From: Trichinella spiralis
Lineage: Eukaryota
DNA length: 64,000 nucleotides
Direction: 5' to 3'
Assembly: GCF_000181795.1 (NCBI RefSeq)
Contig: NW_003526941.1
Coordinates: forward strand, 2,823,933-2,887,932
Shown: in pieces, positions 1 through 12,374 of the stretch
Layout of the letters: each line of letters opens with the position of its first letter
Position numbering within the stretch: the first letter of the stretch is position 1
Position numbers and translations under genes: made by a program
Notes under the pieces: model-generated
The model's input: the letters and a program-made list of their open reading frames with translations, nothing else
Told to the model about the DNA's origin: nothing
Database searches by the model: none

Positions 1-2169
1 ATGGTACAATTGACTGATTTGAATTCGGCAGTTTCAGAAGTACTGCAATTAATGTTGAGACTTTTTTCTTTGTAATTCGTAATATATGCAGATTTTTAGG
101 ATTTAGTGAAATGTAATGATAGATGCTCTGAATCTTTTTTTCATGATATTGCAATTGTAAATGGTTTAAAAAGTGTTGCCAGTGGAGAACTGAAAGAATA
201 TCAGATCGATTGTACAGTAAGATGAATTAATTTTAGTCAGGTTTGAAATCATAAAAATAATTTTCTGCTTTCGAAACAAAGGGAAAATCGAAAGAAGAAC
301 GAATGCTGATTCATAAAGCAGTAAGGGATGAATTTACTAATGCACTTGAAACGGAGACTGTAAAATGTGATTCAAACACTTTCATAACTGTTACTGTAGC
401 TGGTGGGTTTTTTTTCACATTGATCTTTCAGTTGTTAAGAATGATATGGCACTACTGTAGGCTCTAATAAACGAAAAAGACAAATTTGGCCAAGTGATCG
501 GGAAGGTGAACATTGTCATTTTGTAATTTATAAAGAAAACACCGATTCGAATGTTGCCATTGCAAAAATTGCCAAACTGTTACGGTAATTGACTTTTGTT
601 ATAATTTGAGTTGCATAGTATGAAAAGAATTTTATTCTCCTTTGCAGCATTTCTCCGAAAACTATTTGCATTGCTGGTACAAAAGATCGCAGGGCTGTTA
701 CTACTCAGCGCGCCTCTGCTTATCGTTTGGAAGCTGGCCAGCTGTTGCAATTGAACAATCGTTTGCATGGTGTACGCGTCGGAAATTGCGCTTACAAGCC
801 GAATGGAATTTTTCTGGGCGATCTCAATGGAAATCGTTTTACTATTGTTTTACGGTTTTAACTTTTGTAAATTAACTAACAGAACACGTGTAATATTTGA
901 TTATATATTGGTAGTAATGTAAAGGAAAATACTGATTTTATCGAAGAATGCATAAAGCAATGGAAGGAAGTCGGTTTCATTAATTATTATGGAGCCCAGC
1001 GCTTTGGAACAGGACCTGTTCATACTCATGAGGTTGGCAAGTAGGTGAGAAAAGCAGAACATCGATTAATGCAATGATAAACATTTATTTTAGATTGATG
1101 TTACATAGAAAATGGAAAGAAGCCGCAGAATTATTGTTGCAACCACATTCAAACGAAATTTGTAAGAAATGCGTTGTTTAGACTTATTTGTTGTTTGAAT
1201 ATCTTTATAAATAATAGTAATTGGAGTAGTAGGAAAGAAATTTTTGTTTAGCAGAATGTGATAGCATGCCAATTGCAAGTGATGATGGCGAAAACAATAG
1301 GAAAGAACTTGTAAATAAAAAAAAACATTTGCTGAATATCCATGATTTACTCAAATCAGGATTAAGAAGAATGAAAGGAAATGACTATGCAGCAGTTTTT
1401 AGAACTGTAAAATAAAAACATTTATAATTTTCTTAAAATAGTATAATAATGCTATCAGATTTATTAGATTCCAAGAAATTTGAGAAATCTCTATATACAC
1501 AGCTATCAGAGTATTGTTTGGAATCGAATGGTCTCCAGACGAGTTGCAATGTATGGTGACCGTTTATTGGATGGGGATTTGGTTATTAGAAGCAGTGTCG
1601 ACGGTATTGCGTTTTTCAGTTTATGTGTATGAGTATTTTATTTTTTATTTTAGCTGAAGATCAGCCAGTTTTTTTGACGAAAGACAGCATGATCCATTAT
1701 GATAAATTTGATTTAGTTCTTCCGTTGCTCAGCGGAGATGCGATTTTACCGAAAAATGATTGTACTCTATTAAATTTGTTGTTGTTTTTATTTATAATAT
1801 TTTTTAGGTGGAAAGTTATATGAACAGATATTGAAGGAAGAAGGAATTGATGTGGAATATTTTCATGCACTGCGGAAGGAGTTCGGCTTGCATGGTGGTT
1901 TTAGAAAAGTTTTCGTTAAACCTTCAGAAGTTAATTATGAATTTCATCGTTATAAGTATGCTGACGAACAGCTTGTGCAAACTGACTTGGATCGACTCAA
2001 TTCGATAGATGAACATGCGGTAAAATCAAATGCAAAAGAAGAGGATGGAGAATTAAATTATTTGGCATTGGTGATTGAGTTTTCACTACCTCGTGGAAGT
2101 TACGCGACGATGGCATTAAGAGAATTATGCAGACAAGATTTATCAAGAAAAGCCCAGATTCATATCTGA
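1..2169 (+). CDS. PUS7: Pseudouridine synthase 7 (TruD family), probably 5'-truncated by the window edge. Exons 1-39, 100-216, 282-402, 461-584, 648-854, 915-1040, 1094-1161, 1252-1406, 1468-1603, 1654-1761, 1808-2169
   Basis: GT-AG splicing keeps one open frame. It encodes HFVIYKEN, the catalytic AGTKDRRAVTTQ (Asp codon 685-687), LGDLNGNRFTIVLR, GFINYYGAQRFG, LYIHSYQSIVWN and FSLPRGSYATMALREL. The family's N-terminal block (K-RYSDF-V-EI) is not in the window. Confidence 0.93.
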
Positions 2170-2303
2170 TGCATTTCATTTTTCTCATTTGTGAATTGAA
2201 AACACTCTGCTGAAATTAAATAACTGTTATCTATTTTTATGAATACTGTATAGTATTCTTGCAAATCTATAAACATGTATACTGTACTTTTTATAGTGTA
2301 ATT

Positions 2304-2858
2304 ATGAAGAATTGCGGAAAGTGCAGTGTTTTATTCGAATTCAAATTAACTTCACCTTTAGGGCCACTTAAAGTAGAGGAATGCACAAATGGTTTGCACA
2401 CTTTACAATATGACAGAAAGAATTTAAACTGGGATAGCATTGATGCAACTGAAACAATTGCGTTCATGAATACCACTGGTAAGGAGAGTGCTGTAGCATT
2501 ACTCATTCAGAAATGGTTGAAAGCTTATTTCGAAAAAGACTGCGAAGAAATGAAAACAGTTATAAAAAATTTGAACATATGTTGTATAAATCAAAATTTG
2601 CACGCCAGTTTGTTCAAGTGCAAAGTTTATCAGGAGCTTTTGAATCTTCCTTTTGGACGAAAGATGTCATACCAACAGGTGGCAATGAAGCTTAACAATA
2701 AAAACGCAAGTCGTGCTGTCGGAAATGCGATGCGAACTAATCCAGTGGTTCTGATCATTCCCTGTCATCGAGTAATAAGAAACACCGGTGATCCAGGAAA
2801 CTATATGGGACTGCAAGGACGAGAATTAAAGCGGTGGTTATTAAATTTTGAAAGTTAA
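2304..2858 (+). CDS. MGMT: O6-methylguanine-DNA methyltransferase (alkyltransferase), single coding exon, 184 aa
   Basis: SPLGPL N-terminus, LPFGRKMSYQQVA, ASRAVGNAMRTNPVVLIIPCHRV with the active-site PCHR, and KRWLL..E. First ATG at 2304, after a TTTTTATAG acceptor ending at 2296. Confidence 0.95.
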   Translation: MKNCGKCSVLFEFKLTSPLGPLKVEECTNGLHTLQYDRKNLNWDSIDATETIAFMNTTGKESAVALLIQKWLKAYFEKDCEEMKTVIKNLNICCINQNLHASLFKCKVYQELLNLPFGRKMSYQQVAMKLNNKNASRAVGNAMRTNPVVLIIPCHRVIRNTGDPGNYMGLQGRELKRWLLNFES

Positions 2859-3555
2859 TTGGAATCTACATTGTGCATTAATTGAAAGTATACATTAGTG
2901 TACACTTCTGAGTAGATGTAGTTTATACATTTGTTTTCAAATAAATAAAGCAGTAAATGATTTCGCCAGTTTGTTTCTCAAATGCATGAGTGAATTTTCA
3001 GAGATATTGATGAATTGTAATAAACAATAAATAAGTTGTTTTAATAATAAATCTTATGTTTCATGAAATGCATCTGAGTATGTTTGTATTCTCAATTTAA
3101 AAGATATTACTAATTTGAAAAAATCGCTGTTAATGTGTTTTCTTTATTAATCTTAATAATTATTAATTGTTGCATCAACTTGCACCTTTACAGTAATAGG
3201 AAATTAATATTACCTGCTTTAATATTGCTATCATACTGTATTATAATTTCAAAACCACTGTAGGTGTTGAATTTATTTTATTGTATGATGGTATTCTGTT
3301 TTTTAAGCATATATTTTTTGTGTTTGACTCATATGTGATAATTATAAGTCTGTTTTATTATTTTCCTCTTTAACTGCAGGCTTTGGTTGCCTAATAGATT
3401 AGGACTTCGCATGAACTTTTTATTTGATTTAAAAATTAATAACTCTTAAATTATTACATTGTTTGTTTATGCATTTAGTTTATGTATATGAAAACATAGC
3501 TGGAGTATATTATACGGACGTTGTGATTTTTTAGTGTGCGTTTTATCGGTCGGTC

Positions 3556-3798
3556 ATGGCTGTTTACCATGATGAAGTGGAGATCGAAGATTTTGAGTAC
3601 GATAGTGTAGCCGAAGTTTATTATTATCCTTGCCCATGTGGCGATCGATTTGAAATTTCGAAATTAGAGTTACAGTGCGGTGAAGATGTGGCACGGTGCC
3701 CAAGTTGTTCATTAATCATAAAAGTAATTTATGATTTGGATGAGTTTATGGTATGCGAAAGTATTGCCATGCCAGTATCCGAAGTGGCAAACAGTTGA
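3556..3798 (+). CDS. DPH3: Diphthamide biosynthesis protein 3 (CSL zinc finger, KTI11), 80 aa
   Basis: [13 protein letters not shown]...[11 protein letters not shown]...[13 protein letters not shown] is the canonical zf-CSL sequence. TTTTTTAG acceptor ends at 3534. Confidence 0.97.
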   Translation: MAVYHDEVEIEDFEYDSVAEVYYYPCPCGDRFEISKLELQCGEDVARCPSCSLIIKVIYDLDEFMVCESIAMPVSEVANS

Positions 3799-4387
3799 AT
3801 TGTTTGTGATGTTGCAATTTTGAATTAAAGACAGTTTCAAATTTTTGTGTATTGTACTTGTCTGTATTAATTAAAAAAAATACACTTGTATTTTTCTAGA
3901 TATATTTTTAATGTGTTTTATCTTTCCTGTAATGATAATTTTATTTTTAGTGTTTCCAAATATCGTAGTTACTGAATTTCACAAAATTGTTTGTTTAGCA
4001 AAGTATGTTTATAATACATTTAATAAATAATATTATGATTAACAAATGACCAATTATCAGCTTTTTCTGATCATTAGCATCATTAGATGCTTTTTTGTAG
4101 AAAATAAAAATAATATTTAACTGATTAAACAATTTCTAATGAACACCAATACTTGCATTTCTGAAATACATTAAAAATACAGTATGCCAATGAATGATTT
4201 TACTATAGCATATTGCAAAGTTTGCTGCAGTGCCATCACGTGAAATTGATTTTTAACTATAATGCATATATTTTAATCAATTGTTTTTTAATATTTAATA
4301 ATAAATAGAGTTTTTGATTTTATTTTCAGTTTATATTATCACTTTTAATTAGCATTTAATGAAGCTGTAGTTTTTAGATTTTTTATC

Positions 4388-6359
4388 ATGTTGTCGAAAG
4401 CCTTCGTCTGCTTCGGAATTCGAAACAAAGTGGTTCTTTTTTCACCGTACATTCGTACGTTTTCCACATCAGAGGCGTATCTGGCAAAAATGACCGTTCG
4501 CGATGCCTTAAATGCAGCAATTGATGAAGAAATGCATCGAGATGATCGAGTATTTTTGATTGGTGAAGAAGTTGCACAGTATGAAGGTGCATATAAAGTA
4601 AATGAGCGAGGTTATTTTTTGCAAAATAAATCTTCACATTTGCATTTGTAGGTGACTAAAGGACTGTGGAAGAAGTATGGTGATAGACGAGTAGTTGATA
4701 CTCCTATAACAGAGATGGGATTCACCGGCTTAGCGGTTGGTGCAGCTATGGTATTTTGAATAAAATAATGTTCTTTTTTGCAAATTGTTTACGTTATTCC
4801 ATTTTATTTTAGGCAGGGCTCCGACCCATTTGCGAATTTATGACTTTCAATTTTTCTATGCAAGCAATCGATCACATTGTTAACAGCAGTGCGAAAACTT
4901 TGTACATGTCAGCTGGGCAGGTGATCATTTATTTCAATGTTATTCGTTTCTCGCGTGATATTTATTTTTACGTCTTTTCTATTTATAAAACTTATTTTTA
5001 ACAACTAGAACGACCTTTTCATCAGTGTCATGCAATACTTCATAATATTCAATCATAAAACATTTTATAAGAAGACATGAAAATTTACTTAAGGAAAGTT
5101 GTCATAATGTAATTATTAATTTTGATGTTTCTTTTACTGTTTACTGTTTATCTTGCATTAATAGTTGTATTATTTATTTAAAAACGCATCAGGTTATTGA
5201 ATGTCCTCACCATGTGGCGTTTTAGAGGCTATGATTCAAAAAAGTAATATTTAAGTTTTTGTTAGTATTATGAATTTGTTATAGTTATTTAAAAAGGCAG
5301 TGGTTTATTGCTATTTGATGCGAAGAATTTGTAATTAATTTTCTTATTATAATTTGTAATGTTATACTGTCAGTATAAACGATAATTAAGTATTCTTTTG
5401 ATTGAGCTTTATAATTATGTAACTTCTTCCTTGATTATTTTTTTAAAAAATGTTTTTATTGTTGCCATTTAAGGAATGCTACATTTTGAACACTAGAGCA
5501 GCTGAGTTTCATATTTTTCGAACAATTTTTCTCTCATTTTATAGATATCTTCGCCCATTGTTTTCCGCGGTCCTAACTCTACTGCAGTTGGTGTCGGCGC
5601 TCAGCATAGTCAAGATTTTTCATCCTGGTATGCACAGTGTCCTGGTTTGAAGGTATTGTCTCCATTTTCGTCTGAAGACGCGAAAGGATTGTTGAAAACA
5701 GCAATTCGTGATGAAAATCCTGGTTAGTTTCAGGTTTTATTACATCATATTTATGCATATACGTTCATCGACTTTTGTCATTTCAGTTGTTTTCTTGGAG
5801 AACGAATTGTTGTACGGCGTTCCATTCGACATGTCCGAAGAGGCGATGAAGGATGACTTTTTGATTCCGATGGGTGTGGCCAAGGTGGAACGAGACGGCA
5901 ATCACATTACACTGGTATCATTCAGTCGTATGGTTCAGGTTTGTCTGGATGCTGCTGAAGAATTGGAAAAGATGGGTGTATCGGCAGAGGTGAGTGAAGC
6001 GAAAATTTGGCAGAAATATATTTTATTTCGCCGATAAAGTACACTCATTATCAACAGTGAAATTGTAGATTATAAATTTGCGTTCACTGCGCCCGTTCGA
6101 CATGGAAACGATCAAGCAGAGCGTGATGAAAACCAACCATTTGGTTACTGTGGAAAATGGTTGGCATTTTTGCGGAGTCGGAGCGGAAATTTGCGCTCAA
6201 GTGATGGAATCCGAAGCGTTTGATTATTTGGACGCCCCAGTATTGCGCGTGGCTGGCGTCGAAGTGCCAATGCCGTATGCGCACAACTTAGAAACTGCTG
6301 CACAACCGACACCACAGGATGTGATCCGAGTGGTCAAACGGTCTCTGAACATTAAATAA
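4388..6359 (+). CDS. PDHB: Pyruvate dehydrogenase E1 beta subunit, mitochondrial. Exons 4388-4597, 4652-4750, 4813-4920, 5545-5722, 5787-5989, 6069-6359
   Basis: Spliced product contains [81 protein letters not shown] and [16 protein letters not shown]. The N-terminus looks like a mitochondrial transit peptide. Confidence 0.97.
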
Positions 6360-6690
6360 ATTAGCTTATTGTTTAGTAAAATTCATTTGGATTAGTTACA
6401 TTACAATTCAATTGCATTTTCTTGCTTTGTGATTCGTTTTGCATTTTTACTTGTGAAATTGTATTTAGTGAATAAGTGTCGTTGATGCAAGAAGAAAGTG
6501 AAAGAGAAACTTTTAGAAGTAAAACAAACGTACGTAATTTGATCGTTTTAACTGTACATAATGAAGATTATATTCGATCATATTTTGAGTGATTAACTGA
6601 TTTATATAATGATATAGCAACTACAGAATGAAAAATGCTGGCCAAGAATGGAGAGAAATTTTCTGTTTCTGTTTTCTCCTTCTGCGTCTT

Positions 6691-9600
6691 TCAAAATTGC
6701 TGATGATCCGTGGACGGATTGGACAACAGTTTTGACTCAATGGCGTTGGAAATCTCCTTGATGCCGGATACAACCGACAGCCTGTCACAGTAGTCTTCGA
6801 TTTTGATCACTTCATCCGTATCAACGTCCAACAGAATGCCAATGTCACGAAATCCCAGCCGTTTGTTCAAAACGGTCACTCGAGCTGCACCTTTGTTGCT
6901 GGACAGCTGTTCGATCACGGTTTGCTTTTTACCATTTTCCAAAACAAGAGACGAATAGCCATCGTCCACGTCATCGGCAGATTGCGGGGATTCGGATTTC
7001 CGTTTGAACAGCACTCGTTCGAGCAGTGTAGCGCAACACGGGATGTGTATGTTCGTCGGCGGCAGGTTCCAGATGAACAACAACGGATACAGTAATCCTT
7101 GACAAATGACAATCAGGTAAAACATGTATTGGGCGGCGATGGTGTAGTGGATCATGTCGTCGGGGCTGCGAGTCGATGACTGCACCCTGCCAATGGCGAG
7201 CAACGCGAAAACGTTAATCGCCGACCAGCTGACCGCGTTGACAACAGTCGGGCCGAGCAGCAGTTCCACTGTAGCTAAGCTTTTCTGCAACTGCAATCGG
7301 TAGGGGAGTGGAGGCTTTCTCGCCTCACCTTCCCAACGTATTCGATTCACTTTAGCCCTGTGGTATAGCCAAATTCCTAAAATTGATCAAATATACTGAT
7401 CGATCGATTAATTAATTTCTTTTTTCAAATAGGTTAAGGAATCATTTAATTGGAAACGGTATTATTTATTATTACTTTTCTTCTATTCTGTCATCTCTCT
7501 ATCTTTTGATGCTTTAAACGGAAAACAACAAACCGTGATAAATTGTGAATTTTAAATTTAAACTGATCGATTAGTTTTGGACAAGTGAAAAGCGCTTATC
7601 AGCCAACTGCTGATTGCTTGCACTGTTGCAACCCAAGAACACATGTAGGCCTATTTCGACAAATTTCCACTTCATCCGATTGGGGAATGCTTAGGTTGAG
7701 CTGAAATTGCGAATATCTTTCCTAAATTAACATTTCGCAGAACAGTAAAAGTTTCATCGACATTTACTTGTTTACTTTGTCCTCTCACTGTTTTGAAAAT
7801 TTCAACAGTCCATTGCCGTCGAATGGGAGATTTTGAACTATATACTCTGAACAGTATCTCTTGTTCAAATTTACCAGATTATTATTGAAGATCAAAATGT
7901 GATATTAATATTTTCAATGATTGAATTGCCTTCACTTTTTGCAAATCGATTCGTCTGAAACTGAAATCGATCGATTCCTTTCGGTGTTCAACATGCATTT
8001 TTCTCTGTTTATTCTATGAAATTTTTTTTATTATCAAGTTGTAAATCAACGCATGCAGTTTTTACAATGATTAAATAAATAATATATACATATATATAAG
8101 CTGGGTTCTTTTTGTCTTTCACATTTACTTTATTTATTGTTTTCTTCAAGCATTGATTTAAATTATTTCCGGAGAGAGTTGAATTCTCGAAAGCATTGGG
8201 GAAGTGGGAATAAAAGGAAGATAGCAAATAAGTTGGATCTGAATCTCTCATTAAAAATCCAGCACCCACATTACTCAGTGGAAAAATTCGCATTTCCCTT
8301 TCATTAAACATCGCCAATAAATTTCATTTTTTCTAGGTAAAGAATTCTTTAAACAATACGCAATATGTATGTTCAATTTAGGTGTTTCCCTGGATAATAA
8401 ATTTTTCTAAAATACCGATTACACGCATATTTACAATATGTATGTATGCGTACACATCTACAACATACATCCATATATATGATCAAACGTTGTTAATGAT
8501 GTTTGAAAAAAATGAAGCAATCACCAGGGCTGAGTGCGCTGATTGAATTTTTTCACATGAAAATGATATCCACTGAATGATCGAAAAGCTTCATTAGTAA
8601 TGTAATTTTGTGGTACAATTAATTCTTCTAGTGCAGTATTTTCAATATTTCATACGACCAACCATTTATAAAGTTGAAATGAATATTTTTTGTTAAAATT
8701 ATTTTCAGTTTTTGTTTCCATTCATTTCTAACTAAAAAGTACCGTTTGACATGAGTGCAGAAATAAATGCAATTTTCGTCTTATATGATTCCAATTATAG
8801 AAGTCCAAATTTTCAAAAAGTCTTTTCTCGACTTGGATAAGTGCTGGCATTATTTTGCAAATGATTTCCTAACGAATATCACGAGCCGAATGCAACTAAG
8901 CTTGTCTGCTGCTTTTATAGATTTCTGTCGGTCCAGACAGATTTTCAAGTAAATCGCGCGTTCTTTCGCTTCTCCTTTTACTATAAGTTGCTAGTTCTAA
9001 TGTTTGTATTAAAGTTTGGCTTGATTTTCGTTATTGATTTTTCAAAATTGACATCAACTAAGTTTGATTTCCTCCTAATAACTTTATAACTTCTACGTAT
9101 AGTGTATACATATTGATGTAAACTGCATTTTTGGTATTATTTATCGGTACATAAATTTCTTTTGACCACATCTAGAAAAGCAACCTTTCGATTGGCAATA
9201 AAACTGTTATTTGAATTCAAACCATCCGTATCAAATGAAATAATTAGTAAAGTGGCCGACCCTGTGATTTGATTTCTATTTTCCATTTACATAATTTATA
9301 TAAATTTTGATTTTTGTTGTTTTCTTTAATTTACTTTGTCTGTTGATTCAGATTTTTATCTGGAATAGTTATCTGACAATCGATCCGTTTCCTGAGGCAT
9401 AACGACAAACCCGAGGGATCTATATCCTCGATCGTTGTAAAGATAAAGCGACATTAGCCAGTGTGGTCACTGGGGAATTATTGCTTGAAAGCAGAGAAAG
9501 ATCAAGACGAAAAATGTTTCAAAAAGGGATTGAAGACTGAACGTTTAAAATGAAAAATAAAAAACTTACCGATGAAGACAACCAACGTGAGAACTTGTAA

Positions 9601-10179
9601 ACAAGAGTTGACGCTAACGATGACAGCACCTGTAGCTGGATTGAGATTTAACAGTTCGTTGCACAGTGGCAACGGTAAGCTTTGTCTAGCTGTGGCTACG
9701 ATGGCGGATGTGCAGATGATGGTCGAAGTCCACACCAGAAACAATAACAGCAAACCAAACGCCGGTTTCGGTTTCGATTCATAGTTGTTCATGGTAAATG
9801 TGGCGTACAGTCGTTCGACCAGCATCGACGTATACGTGCCGACGACGGCCAACAACGTCGCAGAAAAGACTCCAGTTTGAAAAGAGCACAGCTGTGGAAC
9901 TTTAGCCGAGCCACTGATTGCGCACGGTCGACCGGCAGAAACCGACACCAGGATCAGGGCTGATTTGGCGGTCAAATAGAACCCGTTGAAGACACCACAG
10001 GCGGCGATATTCACCAACAAGTGGCGGGCATTGACGTGAAGCGACCGGCAGTGGCACAGCAAATATAACAAGAGCAGGTTGAGCAGAGCCGACGACGGCG
10101 CCAGGATCACCGACATCGCTTCGCCGGTCCAGAACCAGGAGCTTCGGAAAAGCGCCGTGGTCTCGTTGCAGCAGCACAT
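6691..10179 (-). CDS. Nematode serpentine 7TM chemoreceptor-like GPCR, Sra superfamily (Sra/Srab/Srb/Sre-like), ~431 aa. Exons 10179-9570 and 7376-6691; start codon uncertain
   Basis: A phase-1 GT-AG intron (9569-7377) joins ORF 9502-10260 and ORF 6691-7350 in frame (VVFI-G-IWLYHRAK). About seven hydrophobic segments. Motifs LHVNARHLLVN, LVERLYATFTMNNYE and LPYRLQLQKSLATVELL match my recall of Sra-superfamily patterns (H-N, ER--AT----YE, RYQL-EN). Confidence 0.8.
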
Positions 10180-10417
10180 CCAGCAGCTTTGAACGATGGA
10201 CGTCGACGATTCATTGGCACTGCACGCTGACTCAGCAACGAAGCAACGCGCGAGCAACAATTATGGATCCGCGTGTGTGTGTGCCAATCATGAATCGAAC
10301 TCTTCAGTCCAATCCGAGGACAATTTCAACAACTTTCAAAACGCGGCTTTAATTGCAAACCGACACATGCATGCACATAACAATTTCAACAACAAACTCC
10401 GACCAAGCAACTTTTAG

Positions 10418-10448
<31 letters not shown>

Positions 10449-10465
10449 TCGTTCGTAATAAATTT

Positions 10466-11639
10466 TCAATCGGTCAATTCACCGCAGTCAGTGATGACCA
10501 CTTTCATCGACGGTTTGCCATTTTCGCCGCCAGTTCGTTCAATTTGTCTGACAACGTGCATCCCATCTGCTACACGACCAAATACCACATGCTTGCCGTC
10601 GAGCCATTCCGCCGTGCCGGTTGTGATGAAGAACTGACTGCCGTTGGTATTCGGTCCGGCGTTAGCCATCGACACCGCCCCGGCATCTCCGTGCTTCAGC
10701 AAAAAGTTCTCATCGTCGAACTTCTCGCCGTAAACTGATCGCCCGCCCGTACCATCCTGGCAGGTGAAATCTCCTGCCTGGCACATGAAGCCCGGAATTA
10801 TACGGTGAAATGGGCAACCTTTGAAGCCAAATCCCTTTTCGCCGGTGCAAAGTTGGCGAAAATTTTCCGCCGTCAACGGAACCACATCGTTGCGCAATTC
10901 GATCACTATTCTGCCGATGTAACGGATGCCGATTTTTATGTCCAAATAAACACGTGGTAGATGGCGCGCATTTTCCTCCCCGGATACCGCTCCATCGTTG
11001 CAAACTGAAGAAATCTCTGAAACCGCATTCGTACTTTCCCCCGCAGTTTGATTTACACCGGAGCCGCTTCTGAAATGCAAAAAACGCTTCAAAGTATAAA
11101 CTGATTTCAGTTTCAATAAACATCTTTCTTAATACTGATATTTCAAAATTAAACTATAAAAAACTATATGTAGATTGTACCTGAAAATCACAATTTTACA
11201 ACATGTAAACCATTGACAGGTTAAGGATGAACAATGAAACTAATTTTTCAAATGAAACTTAAATCAGTGTAACCGATTCCAAACTAAATGTGAATGCTTA
11301 CCCATACTGCCTGATCCATTCATCGTCAGCCCAAACAGGTTTCTGGGATCGTTCATTCGGTTTCGGTGCCCGTGCAAAACTCACTCGTATCGTTTTTCCA
11401 AACAGTTCACTGTTGTTCATATTATCTACAGCAGCCAAAGCATCCGATTCTAACTCAAATTCAATGAACCCAAAGCCTCTATGCTTGTTCACTTCAAAAT
11501 CCAACGGAATCAGAACATCAACAATGTCGCCGAACGGTATGAAAGCCGAATGAAGTAGTTTCTCGTCCACTTCTTCGCCAAATCCACCAACATATATTGT
11601 TCTCTTGCGATTGTACGGATGATTTAATCTAGAACCCAT
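10466..11639 (-). CDS. PPIE: Peptidyl-prolyl isomerase E (cyclophilin-33, RRM plus cyclophilin), 313 aa. Exons 11639-11302 and 11069-10466
   Basis: RRM with IYVGG and [10 protein letters not shown], followed by PVWADDEW. Cyclophilin domain with [30 protein letters not shown] and [11 protein letters not shown] phase-2 intron (11301-11070) joins the two ORFs. Confidence 0.97.
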
Positions 11640-12374
11640 GATCAGTTAAACCTGCACGCGTAAACAAAAATTCGTTCTACAAATTTTGGTGCAATGGAAT
11701 GCAGGTAACATTGACAGATGCATTAAGCGTTACTGCATTTTTTCAAATTAAATGGATATTTAAATTACAAATATTATAAATTTAAACTTGACATATAATT
11801 TTGAAATAACTACAACTAAAAAGATCACGTTGCACTTTAAAAGACAATTGAAGAAATTTCATTGTTTATAATGTTTCAAGTTCAATATAGAAAAGAATTT
11901 TAAAATAAGAAAACCATATTTATTCATATAAAATTATTTTATAAATTTATTTTAAAACTCATGATTCTGTGTCTTCAATAAAATGCTAAATCGGTTTCTT
12001 ACAGTATGAATCTGTACCATTCGTCTTTTTGATTACAAATGTTAGGGTACATTATTACGATAAAACATGGCTATGAAGATTTTAGTAAATTATAATTTTT
12101 AAGAAACAATTTTTGTATAATTTTATTTTTGTTATGGAATTAATCTTGCGAATCAGAAATTGTAGTGCCAATCTGGCCACTTTGTTTGTTGACGAAATTC
12201 ATATTTTGTGTATTATGTGTGTTTTCATAAGACTTACATTATTTTTAAAAGATAAAATTCGAAAATTATTGTTTCATATTATGCACAAATAATGTTTCTA
12301 AATTCGTACTGTAATGTGGAATCGTGCTTTTGCTAATAATGAAATGTTTCTGATTTGTGTTTTTCTATTTAGAA
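11640..12374. promoter_or_regulatory. Divergent intergenic region shared by PPIE (-) and RPS20 (+); candidate bidirectional promoter or outrons
   Basis: Head-to-head start codons 735 nt apart, very AT-rich spacer, and an AG acceptor just upstream of each ATG. Confidence 0.5.

Noticed and set aside
9400..9475. Short hairpins (CGAGG...CCTCG; CCAGTG-TGGT-CACTGG) in the GPCR intron
   Set aside because: Stems of 5-6 bp are expected by chance in 64 kb.
10219..11302. PPIE exon 1 (phase 2) could splice in frame to a CAG at 10220, giving an RRM-GPCR fusion
   Set aside because: Frame match has a 1-in-3 chance, the acceptor lacks a pyrimidine tract, and the RRM would end up extracellular.
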